From NCBI GenBank assembly GCA_964016885.1, contig OZ024744.1, positions 40,982,001 through 41,046,000 on the forward strand: a stretch of DNA of 64,000 nt, written 5' to 3'. Below are positions 49,704 through 62,734 of the stretch, one piece after another. The first letter of the stretch is position 1. Every line of letters begins with the position of its first letter. The position numbers and the translations under genes were made by a program. The notes below the pieces were generated by a model. That model made no database searches. It was not told the DNA's origin and saw only the letters and a program-made list of their open reading frames with translations. This DNA is from Eledone cirrhosa. Taxonomy: Eukaryota.

Positions 49704-50784
49704 CTCTATCTTTCACCATTTCTCTTTTAATTTCTCTACTTAAACCTATTTCATCTCGATCATTTTATCTTATCATATAATGCATCTTATACAAGTTAAT
49801 TTACTTATTAAAATATCCAATACACACATACATATATCCAATATTTTAAAATTTTCAACTTAACATCTATCCATATTTAATAATCATCAATAACTATTCA
49901 CAATAACATTAACAACATTAATATTACACTTATTAGTCTCTTCAACGCATTTATTTATTTATTCTCATCTCTACGTTTCAAATATTATACCATTTTATAT
50001 AACCATAGATGTAAATTGTTTATTTACTCATCTATCTATTTATTTATTTATCCTTTTATTTATTTACCTATTTATTTATTTATTTATTTGTGTCTATGCT
50101 TAAATCTCTATTTTTACTTGCTTTCATTCTTGTATTAACGTATATTCGACTGTCTGTTTATCTTCCTTCTTCTCTCGATCCTATTTCTGCCTGTATTTAT
50201 CATCAATTACTCATCCGGTCGCACACCTGAATTCTTCTGTCTTCCACATGATGTCTCTACCTGTTTTTCTTTTTCCTTCTTCATCTTTCTCTATCTCTTT
50301 CTCTTTTTCCTTCTTCATCCTTCTTTTTCTTCTCTACCTTTACTACATCTATCCCCCCCCCCCCTCTTTTCTTTCTATCTGTATCTTTATTATTAATATT
50401 ATTTTTATTTTGATGTGATAGTTTGATTTCGTAATTTTGCCGGTTGTGCATATAACTGTATTTTCGTTTTCTCTTTCGTCTTTCTCCCCCCCCCCCTCCT
50501 TTCCATCTGTTCCCCTTCCTTTATTTCTCTCTATATCTTTATTATTGATATTATTATTGATGTGGTAATTTGAATTTATAAATTTACCGTTACGCATATA
50601 TTTTGTATTTTCTTTTAGCCTGTGACGAAATGATGGGTGGTTGCATGTATTTTAAATTGAATGCCACTGCCTTCAGTGCTTAGCAATTTCTAGACATCTC
50701 TATCATAGAAACAATCGTTAGACTGTAAATAAATTTTTTGACCATGTTATTCTTCACTATTCTTCAATTTATATATATATATAT

Positions 50785-51130
50785 TACGGAAGACCCGACC
50801 CCCCACGGGTACAAGCCGAAGCTGAAGCATATAGACAATATGCCCCACATCCTCCCATTGCAAAGTGGCCGTGGAGGTGCCACGGCAAAAAAGCACCTAG
50901 CCCACACTGTAAAGTGGACGTGTAGCCGCCACGGAAAAAAGCACCCAACACTCACTGTAAATGAGGTTGGTGTTAGGAAGAACATCCAGCTGTAGAAATC
51001 AAGCCACAATCAGTTCCCGTATGAGGAAGACAAAGTCAGCCGACCGGACACTGCCCACAACAGGATAACCCATCTAACCCATGCTAGCGTGGAAGAAGGG
51101 ACGTAAAACGGTGATGATGATGATGATGAT
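50785..51130 (+). mobile_element. RTE LINE 3' end
   Basis: Reverse complement of 51457-51805; (GAT)n tail. Confidence 0.85.
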
Positions 51131-51456
51131 ATATATATGCACACAATCTAGAAACACTCAGAACAAAAAATGGAGCTTGCGGTAAATGAGCGGAAAGATA
51201 TTAAATGCAATACAATGATCACTGGAGTATGTATTGAAATACATAAGTATTCACCATTTATTTCGTGTTCCTACACACTAAGTAGGGATTATCTAGAAAA
51301 GCTAAGCGAATTTCTTACGTGATTAATCTTACAAATGGTATTCTATTGCATTGACTGCATTTATACAAGCTATATTGTGTGCACATATATATACATAAGC
51401 TACTACATCTTCAGCTATTTATCTATTTATCTGTCTATATATATGTGTGTGTGTAT

Positions 51457-54400
51457 ATCATCATCACATCACTGTTTTACGTTCGTTCTTCCATGCTAGC
51501 ATGGGTTAGACCGGTTGTCATGTTGTGGGCAGTGTCCGGTCGGCTGACCTTGTCTTGCTCATACGGGAGCTGATTCTGGCTTGATTTCTACAGCTGGGTG
51601 CCCTTCCTAACACCAACCTAATTTACAATGAGTGGTGGGTGCTTTTTCGTGGTGCCTACACGTCCACTTTACAGTGTGGCCTGGGTGCTTTTTTGCCGTG
51701 GCACCTTTACGACCACTTTACAGTGGGAGGGTGTGAGGGCATATTGTCTATATGCTTCAGCTTCGGCTTGTACTCGTGGGGGGTCGGGCCTTCTGTATTA
51801 CTGCGTGACGCCAGAGGTCACGGTCTTGTGTCATCGCCTTTGAAAGGTGTAATTGGGAAAGGTCGGCTTTTATCACCTCATCCCAGGTCTTCTTGGGTCT
51901 CCCCACTCCGCGGTTTCCATCGACTGCTAGTGCTCTGCACCTTTTTACGCAGCTGTCATCCATCATACGCATCACATGTCCATACCAACGCAACCGCCTC
52001 TCCTGCACACAGCATTTGATTCCTCTTATGCTCAGTCTCTCTCTCAATTCATATATGCTTTGCCGTTCGCGTATATTACTATTGCACATCCATCGGAGCA
52101 TGCAGGCTTCGTTTCTTTCTAATCTACGCAAGTCTTCCACAGTCAGCGCCCAGGTCTCACTACCATGTAACATTGCTGTTCGGATACACGCATCATACAG
52201 TCTGCTTTTCATTTTGAGGGAGAAGCCTTTTGCAGTTAGCAGTGGCAGTAGCTGCCTGAACTTCTTCCATCCCGTTCTCACCCTAGTTATTGTACTTTCT
52301 GAACACCCACCTCCGCTGCTAATTCGACCACCTAGGTAGCAGAAGCAGTCTACTGTTTCTACAGAGCCTTCCCAGAGTTTGGTGGTACTTGTTTCCTGTG
52401 GCTGTTTGCTGCCTGTTGTCCCAGTACAGCTGCTACATGTGAAGCCCTTATTCTTAGTTAAGCTTCCTGAATCCTGCTACATCTCTTGTGTACCCATTGT
52501 TTGCATTTGGGGCAGAGAATGGATTTCCTACCTCCACCTTTCCTACATACTGAGGAAGGCCATTTCCCTGAGGGGATCTGGGTTCTGTTTTCTTGTCTGC
52601 TTACAAGAACCTTAGTCTTTGTCATGTTGACTTTGAAGCCCTTTCTTTCTAGTCGCTGCTTCCAAGTTTGGAATTTCTTCTCTAGTTCTACTATAGATTC
52701 AGCTATAAGTGCGAGGTCATCTGCATACAGGAGTTCCCATGGGCATCCGGTCTTAAGCTCCTCCGTTATTGCCTGCAGGATCATGATGAACAGGAGAGGG
52801 CTAAGAACAGAGCCCTGGTTGACCCCGACCTATACACTAAATTCCCCGCTATAGTTATTGCTAATCCTAACTTTTCTGACTGCTCCCCTATACATGGCTT
52901 GTATAGCTTTCACAAGCCATTCATCTACTCCTAGTTTTCTAAGAGCCCACCAGATTATAGCACGTGGAACTCTGTCAAAGGCTTTCTCGAGATCGACGAA
53001 TGCCAGGCAAAGTGGCTTACTTTTAGCTAGGTAATTTTCCTGTAACTGCCTCACAAGGAAGAGGGCATCAGTGGTGCCTCTTCCTGGCACAAACCCAAAT
53101 TGCATCTCATCTATTTTCACCCGGTCCCTAATCAACTGTGCTATAACTCCTTCTGTTACTTTCATGACCTGGTCCATCAGCTTCATACCTCTATAGTTTC
53201 CTATATCTAGTGCATCACCTTTACCTTTGTAGCAGTTGACAATGATGGTACTGCACCAATCCTTTGGTATGACAACTAGTATTACCTGGTTAACAATACG
53301 TGTGGTTATAGTGTGACCTACAGACCCAGATGCCTTCAGCATCTCGGCAGCTATATCCGAAGGACGAGTTGCCTTCCCCATCTTCATATCTTTGATTGCC
53401 TTATTTACTACGCTGCTGCTGACTTGTACTGCCGGCCCCTCTATAGGGTCTACTTGGGGTAGGGTCTCTTCTTCCCATGCATTCTCCTCATTTAGTAATC
53501 TATCATAATGGCTCTTCCACGCATCTTTCTTCTCAGCACTTGTGAGGGCAAGCTCACCTTTATCATTCCGGATACATTTCTCTCCAATGACATCACAATT
53601 CTCTCTGACACACTGCCTCGCAATTTTTAACACCTCCTGTTTCTGGTCCTCACGTTGCAAAACATGCTTGAATTTTCTATCCTCTGCTTCCCTCCTAGCT
53701 AAGTATACTTGTCGCCTAGCTTCCCTCCTGGTCTCTATGTAATGTACCCTGCTTCCCCCTTTCTTCCATTCTTTCCATGCCTGTCTCTTGGCCTTAACTG
53801 CCTCATCTACCTTATTGTTCTACCACCAAGTCACTCTCCTCCTCCCTGTGGTCTTACTCCAACCACAGATCTCATCCATTGCCTTTAGTAAGTTATCTTT
53901 TAGGAACTCCCAGTGCTCTTCTACATTGAATGTTTCTATCTGTTCTTCTTTATTGTCGTAGGCGTTGAGTAAAATATCTTTAAATCTGTTACTAGCTGAG
54001 GGGTCTTTCAGCTTCCAGATCTTTCTTCTCCATGTTGGCTTCTGTTTCCAGGTTCGTCTAGTTCTGACCGTAAGGTCGCTGACAACTAAGCTATGTTGGG
54101 AGGTACATTCCTCACTAGGGAAGCTTTTGTGTTTACGAACGTCCATCTGTCACATCCTCTGATGAGGATAAAATCTATCTGAATAGAATGCTCCCCTGAT
54201 CTATAGGTGATCAGGTGGTTGTCGGGTTATTTGAAGTTTGTGTTACATATCGACATGTCATTGGCGTTGCAGAATTCTAGAAGCCTAACCTTCATTTCTT
54301 GTGCCAACCCCATGGCCTCCATGGACTCTATTGAAGCCGTCACGGTGTTTATCTACGTGTCCGTTAAAATCTCCTGCAATGATTAAGAAGTCCTTGTCGT

Positions 54401-54990
54401 TTGTTAGAGCAGTAGTGTGCATTAGGGACTCGTAAAACCTATCCTTAAGTTCATCTGGCAACCCCGATTGGGGTAGGTAAGCTGATATTATTGTGGTAAT
54501 TGTTTTATTCAGGACTACTCTGAGTTTAATGATTCTTGCATTCACCCTGTTCACTGAGATTACTTTATCTACCCATTTGTCAGCTAGTAATATACCTACA
54601 CCACCCATCCCATCGTCATTTCCCACACAGAAAAATTTGTAGCACTGACTTTTTCCTACAAGGACTCTAGCAGACTCTCCTCTCCATCTAGTCTCTTGCA
54701 CACAGCATACATCAATTTCCTTTCACTCTAGCATCTCTACGATTTCTCCTGCTCTTCCTTTCATTGTACTTACATTGATGGTACCAACTCGGAGTTCTCG
54801 GCATTTGTCAACATTCGTGGGGAAGGGTCGACTTTTGCAGGGGTGTGCGTGTGCTTCCTGTCTCTGGATTGAAGCTTCACATGGGTGCTTGGTAGCTTGC
54901 GGATTCATATTCATTTTCATTTATTAATTCAGGGTTGCTCCATTTATTCTCAGCTCTTCCATACATAACGGTAGGAAAATTCAGGGCTAG
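51457..54990 (-). mobile_element. Near-full-length RTE LINE (APE endonuclease + RT), disrupted
   Basis: GTINV, QETRW, GDFNGH, SQH (APE); GNYRG, QFGF, FVDLEKAFD, LLYADD (RT); RRLRWYGHV; (CAT)n tail. Confidence 0.93.
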
Positions 54991-55301
54991 AAGAACAGTG
55001 GTGGTGGTAATAATGGCAGGGTGTGTTGGGGCTGGGACGAGTGAGGAGAGAGGTAGGTAGTAGTAGTAATGGCAGGCTTTGTTGGGGTTGGTAATGGGTG
55101 AGGGGGACATGCTATGGTGGTGTGAGGGCGTGGGCGGGATGGAAATTGTGAGGTAGGTAGCCATCATGACCTGTAGCATCTCATGGCAAAATAAACCGAT
55201 AGGAATACTTGTATTAGACAAGGCGAAATGTTAACGTTAGAATTTCGAAGGGAGTAGATGATTTCGTAGAGACAGTGAAATGATAATTACAACAACACTA
55301 A

Positions 55302-55360
<59 letters not shown>

Positions 55361-55394
55361 TAATTCTGTACTATATATATATATATATATATAT

Positions 55395-55439
55395 AAATAA
55401 AGAAAAACAGATGAAATCGAAAATGCACCTGGAGTCTTA

Positions 55440-55487
<48 letters not shown>

Positions 55488-55932
55488 TATATATATTTTT
55501 TTAAATAAGACTCCAGGTGCATTTTCGATTTCATCTGTTTTTCTTTATACTTTCACTCGTGTAGGACACCTCGGTTATTTTTCATTTTGTAAAAAACCCC
55601 ACTTTCTAACATATATATATATATTTATTTATTTAGGTTTGTTGGTTCACCACTGGATAGAATTGGTCATTCTGTATGGTCAATCTTGATATAAGATTAT
55701 GGAGATTACTCAACGTAGTGCAGTTCACCCGTCTTCGTTTGTGTAGTTGGTGGTGCTAATACGTAGTTATTTATTATAAATAAAATAACAGGAGGTTGGA
55801 CTGGTGTAAATCCTTGAACGAAGACGGGTGAACTGCATTACGTTGAGTACTCTCCATAATATTACATCAAGATTGACCATATGGAATGACCAATTCTTTC
55901 CAGTGGTGAACCAACAAACCTAAATAAATAAT
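55395..55932. repeat. Folded-back fragments of the 34451-family PLE 5' region (two successive inverted repeats)
   Basis: 55500-55685 matches 34860-35051; 55395-55442 inverts 55503-55548; 55630-55737 inverts 55817-55930. Confidence 0.8.
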
Positions 55933-57750
55933 GCTCCAATAATGTTGAGCACTTCCAGATGAAATATTGAACAGCGGCACTGACTTCAGTGTACAGCTAT
56001 TGCCAGCATGGGATTAACTGATCTACTTACCATTCGGATTTTGGCTGCTCTGTGCTTTGTCTACCGCCCATCCTATCCTTGTCGGGAATATTCGGATTTC
56101 GACAAAATTCTACGTATTATACTTAAGCATGTAATGTATTGACTGAATTCTCTACTCTATACCTGAGGACTTTTTTGTGACTCACACTGAATTTGGAGAC
56201 CCGAATTTCACACTAGGTACCACCTGATACCATTCCATCTCTTCCACCCTCTATTTTTATATGTACAACCTTGTATTATTTTACTTCAACTTGATCTATT
56301 TTGTATTTCCCCAGTTTGCTTTGATTCCTTCGATATGTTCTTATATATTTCCGTCTTACTACATCACTACCCTAGCTATGACGGCGTTTTATTTATGTAT
56401 TTTACTTTTTACTTTTTACCTTATTAATGTATTTTTTATTTATTTTTTTATTTATTTTTTATTTTTTATTTTTTTATTTTTTTATTTGTATTTTTATCTT
56501 TGTATCCTGCTTTTATTTATTTGTGATTTTCTGCTTATTATCCCTTACTCAGGTCATTATGCACCATTCATAGCTCCCTACCCACCAAAGAACCACACTA
56601 TTTATAACCCGGACTAACTGGGACTTTAAAATAATTATAGTCTATTGGCACTTTTCATTGGGTTTTACCACTTTCGACTGATGTGGTGGATTTCCCGGCT
56701 GTGCGCCGGGCGCTCAGAAAGTTCAGCCTTCCTTGAGTACTTGGAAAAATAAATTTCCCCTCTTTCGGTAAACGAAACTACTCGAAGCGGATTGATTTGC
56801 CCCAGGGCCCGCCGCACCGCCTGTTTTGTCCGCCACACTATACTCATACCTATAAACTCTAGGCTTAGGCATAACTGTTAGCTTTATCGTGCCTCCCTCT
56901 GCTGGCACGTAAATAAACCCATCCTGTGTGAATTAATAGTATTCGTTTGGTATAGACGATGGCCTGTAGAAGCTGGTTGACTTCCGGCTAGCACACCCGA
57001 AGCCTATCGCAGTTACGTTCCTAGAGTACTCGGAAAAATTAATTTCCATTTATTTCGCTAGACGATACACTCGTAACTGGCTGACTCATGGTTAGGAAGT
57101 GCTGGCTGGGATTTACAATCGAAGGCTTTTATCTTTACTCTATATTCTACCTTGATAACTTATCGAGATTCCCTATAATAACACTTAAACTTTTTCATAT
57201 AAGACTCTCTCTGTAATTTCATTAAATAAATCTCGCAACACAAACCTTTAATTTTCTATTAATTTTTTAATAATTTAATTTCATCCTATAACTCGTAACA
57301 TAAGTTAACGTTCCAATTTTCTGTTCACACAGTAGACCATACAGACACCCATATATATGCCTTTGTTAAAATATAGGTTCTTTGGAATAACATTTTTCGC
57401 GGCGTCTTCTAGCATGACTGTAGTGTGACCCTGACGCTGACTTTTCCTCTCTTTTTTTCTTCTCTGACGGAGAGGTGGTAGTGCATTATAAGCCTCCCCC
57501 CTCACCAGATGGTCATTAGTAGACCGAGTTGCCATCACTTGAGGGCGACTGACTGAGGTGAAAGCAGCTAGTTGGTTAGTCGTCTTCTCTGATTTTCGGA
57601 CCCATGGATTTTATATATTCCTTTGTTATATTTCGAATACCTGATGATATCACCGGATTCATACAGAATCCGGTCATTGAAATGATCATAGTATAATAAA
57701 CTTTTCAAGGATTTACACCAGTTCAGCCTCCTGTTATTTTATTTATTTAT
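55776..57750 (+). mobile_element. Probable PLE 3' region (long UTR and pLTR) with short inverted termini
   Basis: 55776-55818 is the reverse complement of 57704-57746; terminal hammerhead at 57637; no recognisable ORF. Confidence 0.55.
57637..57694 (+). ncRNA. Type-I hammerhead ribozyme motif
   Basis: ATAC-CTGATGA-[ACCGGATTC-ATACA-GAATCCGGT]-GAAA-TGATCA-TA-GTAT. Confidence 0.8.
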
Positions 57751-57764
57751 ATATATATATATAT

Positions 57765-58052
57765 AAAGAAGAAATTAAAAGATGGTTAAAAAGTTCCATA
57801 TATTATATAATGCGCATTTCGAAAGCAACATCATCCTGGGACAAAAATTGTGTTCTCATCAGATAAAATAAGGTAACATGATATGAGGCCTAAAAACACT
57901 TGTCAACAGGAAAGTGTCAAGTCTACATATGACAGAAATATAAGAGTAAGAAAAAAGATAGAAAAATAGAAGAAAAGGAAAGAAGAAGGAGAAAAGGGAA
58001 AAAAGAAAGAGAAGAGAGGAAAAAAGGAAAGAAGGAAGAGAGAGAAATAGAA

Positions 58053-58083
<31 letters not shown>

Positions 58084-59400
58084 GGGGAGAGAGAGAGAGA
58101 CAGAGAGAGAGAAAGAGAGAGAGAGACTTTTGATCAGGAACGCTGTCAAAATGAAAACAAGCTGTAAATAACGGTTAAAAAGTAAATTGATGAGGTGTAT
58201 GTGCGAATATTATAGACGGTATTCAAATATTAGAGGTCTAAAATATAGAAACTGGGTATATTATTTTATATTGGGTTTAAATACTAAAAATTGGATTAAG
58301 AAGTGTAAAAATGTATTAATAAAATAAAAATAAAATGAAATTAAAATAAGTATAAAAAAGGTTTTTTAAATAAAATAAAAATAAATAAAAAAAATAAAAA
58401 TAGTCTATCTATGTCAAAATTAATAATTTCTATGAAAAATAAATATATGTGGGGTATACTATTTAATTATTATTTTATATCAACAAGTAAATAAAGGAAA
58501 TTGCTAGAAAGATTTATAAACGTAGAAAAACATATGACGTCATGATTTGTTTACAAAATCTACGAAGGTTTGAACGAAAATTTAAGGCTATAGGAAAAAG
58601 GTGAAAGTCTTAAAATATGATGAGAAAACTAATTTAATACATTGTAGAATATAATGAAATATGTGTTAAAAAAATTAACCGTTATTCGTGGAATATGTTA
58701 TAGGACATTAGCTATATACTTTGTGAAAGGTCTTGAAGGATTTATGATTGCAAAGACCAAATAAATCAGTTCTTCGATTTATTATTGATTTGAAATTCGA
58801 GATAATGATACATTTTTCAACTCGTTATTTCTACCCCTCGAAATGCAATTCTCGCTAAATTTATATTTTTATTAATCACCCGAGTCTTACAATTAACCTG
58901 TTTATAATTCTATTGACAGATTAATTGCATAAGTTTATTTTAAAAAACTACCCGGTTGAGTGCTTATTCGATTTGTGCTATTTATGCAATTTTTTCAATG
59001 ATTTACACATACTGGATTCATTTGCCAAAATCTGGAGTTATTCCCCTTGTGAGTTACACACGTGCTCTTACAAAGCTCTACGTCATTCACAAAGTTGGTG
59101 CAGAACAAAATACCTGTTGATAACGTAATATTCCTTGTTCGATCATTATACCAAAAGCTTATAGTTTTAAGCAGACATTATTATTGATTTAGGTGTCATA
59201 GAAACACTGCATTTGGATTTTACAATCAATTCCAATGGGTCCACATCTGTTTTTATCATTTATATTTTTTTACCTGTTTACCTTGATTTGTTTTTTGGCT
59301 TAGGTGGTTAATGCCTTCTTAACCACTTTTTCAGTTTGTATGGCGTTTTAACATATTGTTTAGCTTTGGTTTTTTTAACTATTGAGCGCTTGCCAGCATT
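57765..59400 (-). mobile_element. Old PLE 3' fragment (degenerate GIY-YIG region and pLTR)
   Basis: Terminal hammerhead; residual DLFGLCNHK-like end around 58745-58775 similar to Naiad C-termini; heavily decayed. Confidence 0.55.
57801..57870 (-). ncRNA. Type-I hammerhead ribozyme motif
   Basis: Minus strand: TATTTTAT-CTGATGA-GAA...TTC-GAAA-TGCGCA-TT-ATATAATA. Confidence 0.7.
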
Positions 59401-59480
59401 TCTACGATTTTGCGTTTCGTTTCGCTTTTTCTACCAGCCGAAATACGATTCTCTCTGAATTTATATATTTATATATATAT

Positions 59481-59668
<188 letters not shown>

Positions 59669-59692
59669 GTATCTATATATATATGTATATTT

Positions 59693-60303
59693 ATGTCAGG
59701 TCACCAGTTGGTGCTACTGGTAACATGTATCCCAGTACAACCTGTCTCATGGTCGGGTCGTTGGCGACTAAACTGGCAACCCCACCAAGGTTTCTTGGTG
59801 AGGAGGGTGACTTTGGACATCCTGCAGGACCAAAAACAAAACCTGTCAAAGGGCAAGGGAGCTCTTAAGGCTCAATAGCCATCCAAAATCACCGGGAGAG
59901 ATGACCCCTTAGCCTTTGTCAAGGCAGAATTCTAGGAGAAGGAAAACTCTGATATAACACCTGCAACCCTGATGGTATCCAATGATGTTGACTTGTTCTT
60001 CTTTTTGGTAAATATCATCTTGGTTAAGAGAGTGGGACTGGCTTTGTGCAGTGCCTTTGCTCACTATAAAAGCTTCACAGCACAGGCATTGCTTTATATC
60101 TGGAGATCTCTCTGCACTTGTCATCACATGGTACCATGGGCCCTGCACTATGTGTCAATAATGGTCACAAGTGTAGTCTTTGTACCAGAGTTTTCAAGTC
60201 GCTGGCTGGACTAAAAAGTCACATTCGTTCAGCGCATCGGTAGGGGTTCTCCTACATGGATATAAAGTAGTGGCCTTACTCGAAAACGAGTTGGCAGCCA
60301 CCA
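59693..60303. mobile_element. Inverted copy of the 1679-2290 repeat
   Basis: Reverse complement over the full length with scattered substitutions; (TA)n flanks. Confidence 0.85.
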
Positions 60304-60727
60304 TATATATATATAACAAATGTTTTGTTGATCGACATTGGTGGGGTTAGGGTGGGGGGATTTTCCCAATACATTGAATAGGGACCAACAAGGAAACAAG
60401 ACTGCTAATTATATAGTTATTTTTAACAATGGATATTATGGATTCATGTGATAAACAACTTCAAAATAACAAAAAGCATAATGTTTTCGTTAAAATTATG
60501 TTAAGATATAGATTTTGTGGTTAAGTGTGGCTGCAAATATGATTTTAAATTCGAAACAAAATGAATGTGTGTGCTAAATTAAAGAGAAAGTAAGACATGT
60601 AGCCTTGGTGTCTGGCATAGTCACTAAGCTGTTGAATAAATAAAATTATATAAACTCAATTATCAATATTGAGTTCTGCCTCTTTTCATAGACTACCAAG
60701 ATCATTACTTCTGAACAATATATACAT

Positions 60728-60761
<34 letters not shown>

Positions 60762-60879
60762 ACACAAATTTAAATAATTTTGAAAACCAAACAATGCATT
60801 AGGAAGAACATTAAATTGCAAAGATAACCAAAGAATCTTACCTTAGCAAATTTAATGATCCCAAATATTTTTGGGTTTA

Positions 60880-61740
60880 AAAACCCATTATCAAGGGAGT
60901 AACCCTATGAGAGACTTAAAAGATGGATTGGAGAGACTTGCTTGTTAGGAAGGCAGATTTAAGTTAAATGTAATGAAAAGACGTTAAAGTTTCGAATGTG
61001 TGCGTTGTGAAATGTATGATATATGTATGTGTGTGCGTGAATATAAGTGTGTTAGTGGGATGTATGTATGTGTGTGTATGAATGTAAGTTTATGTAGTGA
61101 AAGGTGTCTGCGAATATGTATATAATAAAACGGGAAAATATGTGTGCGATATATGTATGTGTGTGTGTGAGTCTAAGTGTGTCTAGTGAGGACATAGATT
61201 TAATGTGAAAGAAAGAATGAAACTGACCGTTGGGATGTTGGAATACAGGCTTTAAGATTAGCCATTCAGGTGCATTTCTTTCCATCCAATTATTGATCCT
61301 AGGTGTTAATTGCTTGATTAAGAGGGCTTCCTTAATTCTCAGCGTGCATATACTGCGTTCGGTAGCTAAGATTGTAGGAACAGCACTAAATGTGATGACA
61401 ATACTCCCTCCTACCAGATTACCTTAATGGAGTCGGGCTTTAACATGTTCAACGCCACAAACACGACAACACTAACCCCACTGACTCTATGAACACCACC
61501 ACCCTTGACCCGCACCTCGGCACAGATCTAACTGGGTCTCTTTCCAACGATGAAATGCAACTCCTCCGTCTTGGACCCAAGTTCATCTTGACGCATTCTG
61601 TTTGTGGCTTTATTGCAACGCACAATTTTCCTTCTCCAGACCTGAACCGATAATGGTTGAACTCTCCACCCATCTTCCTGTACCTCTCCACTACCCAAAA
61701 CACTCCTACCCAACACCAGCAACACATACAACCTTGACAC
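60880..61740. mobile_element. Rearranged old PLE pieces (GIY-YIG C-terminus on -, RT N-terminus on +)
   Basis: 61255-61385 (-): LATERSICTLRIKEALLIKQLTPRIN; 61530-61595 (+): LSNDEMQLLRLGPKFIL. Confidence 0.6.
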
Positions 61741-62734
61741 CACCATACACACACACACACACACACACATACACACACAAACGTATACATTCACATGTAT
61801 AGAAGTATGAGAATAGTCACACACATACTCACGCACACACACTCACGCACACACACACTATTGTTCACTGTCGCTTCCTTTAATCCTCTGTTCCCCCTTC
61901 ACTAACCTACTAACTGACCCACCACCCCTACTAACACCCCTAACCCCACCTCACCAGCCGAATAGACACACCTTACTACTTAACAACATTTACTACTAAA
62001 CACACACCCCACCACCACTGATCCTTCTCCACTCACTTCCGTTGTACCACCTTTCTCCACCTTTCCTGACCACTGTTCTCTCCTGGATTACCCGGATACT
62101 CCAACACACACATACACACACACATAGACATACCCATACATATACACTTCCACCCTCACACACACACATGTACATAAAACATTCCCACTACAGACCGAAC
62201 ACAACTACAACCTTATTGTGGATACAATACACACACACAAGGCAAATTAGGCTTCAACATATGTAAAAACAATAGAAGTACCCCCCTCACACACACGCAT
62301 GCACATACACACACGCACACATGCACACACGCACACAGACTCACACACATGCACAGGGCAAATTAGACTCCAACATATGTAAAAACAATAGAAACACCAC
62401 ATACACAGACATATACACACATACGTACACACTCTCACACATAAAAAATCACCTATACTCACCGCTTGTAGACACACTCACAGATACTCATTCAACACAC
62501 ATGTGATAATATACACATACATGCACAATAACACATGCACACACAAAAAAAGAAAAAACTAAAACTTCACAGATTTCACTTTATAAGATCCAGGACACCG
62601 CCTAAAGTCACACCCATCTACCAATTTCTTCCTTTCGACACAACCACACACATGCGACCCCCATACCTTCCACCATGGCCCCTCAAGCTGGACCTTTAAC
62701 GCCTCCTATCACTATGTATATATATTTTTGTCCT

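Larger units (their letters stand above)
46350..50768 (-). mobile_element. Penelope-like element (Naiad-type), 5'-truncated, with ~1-kb inverted terminal repeats
   Basis: ~46505-47550 is the reverse complement of ~49740-50768; RT/GIY-YIG between them. Confidence 0.92.

Noticed and set aside
55208-55245. GAAATG-TTAA-CGTT-AGAA and similar hammerhead 3' halves (also 3676-3690 and 19187-19201 on minus)
   Set aside because: No matching CUGANGA/UUGANAA box with stem I upstream; at most truncated remnants
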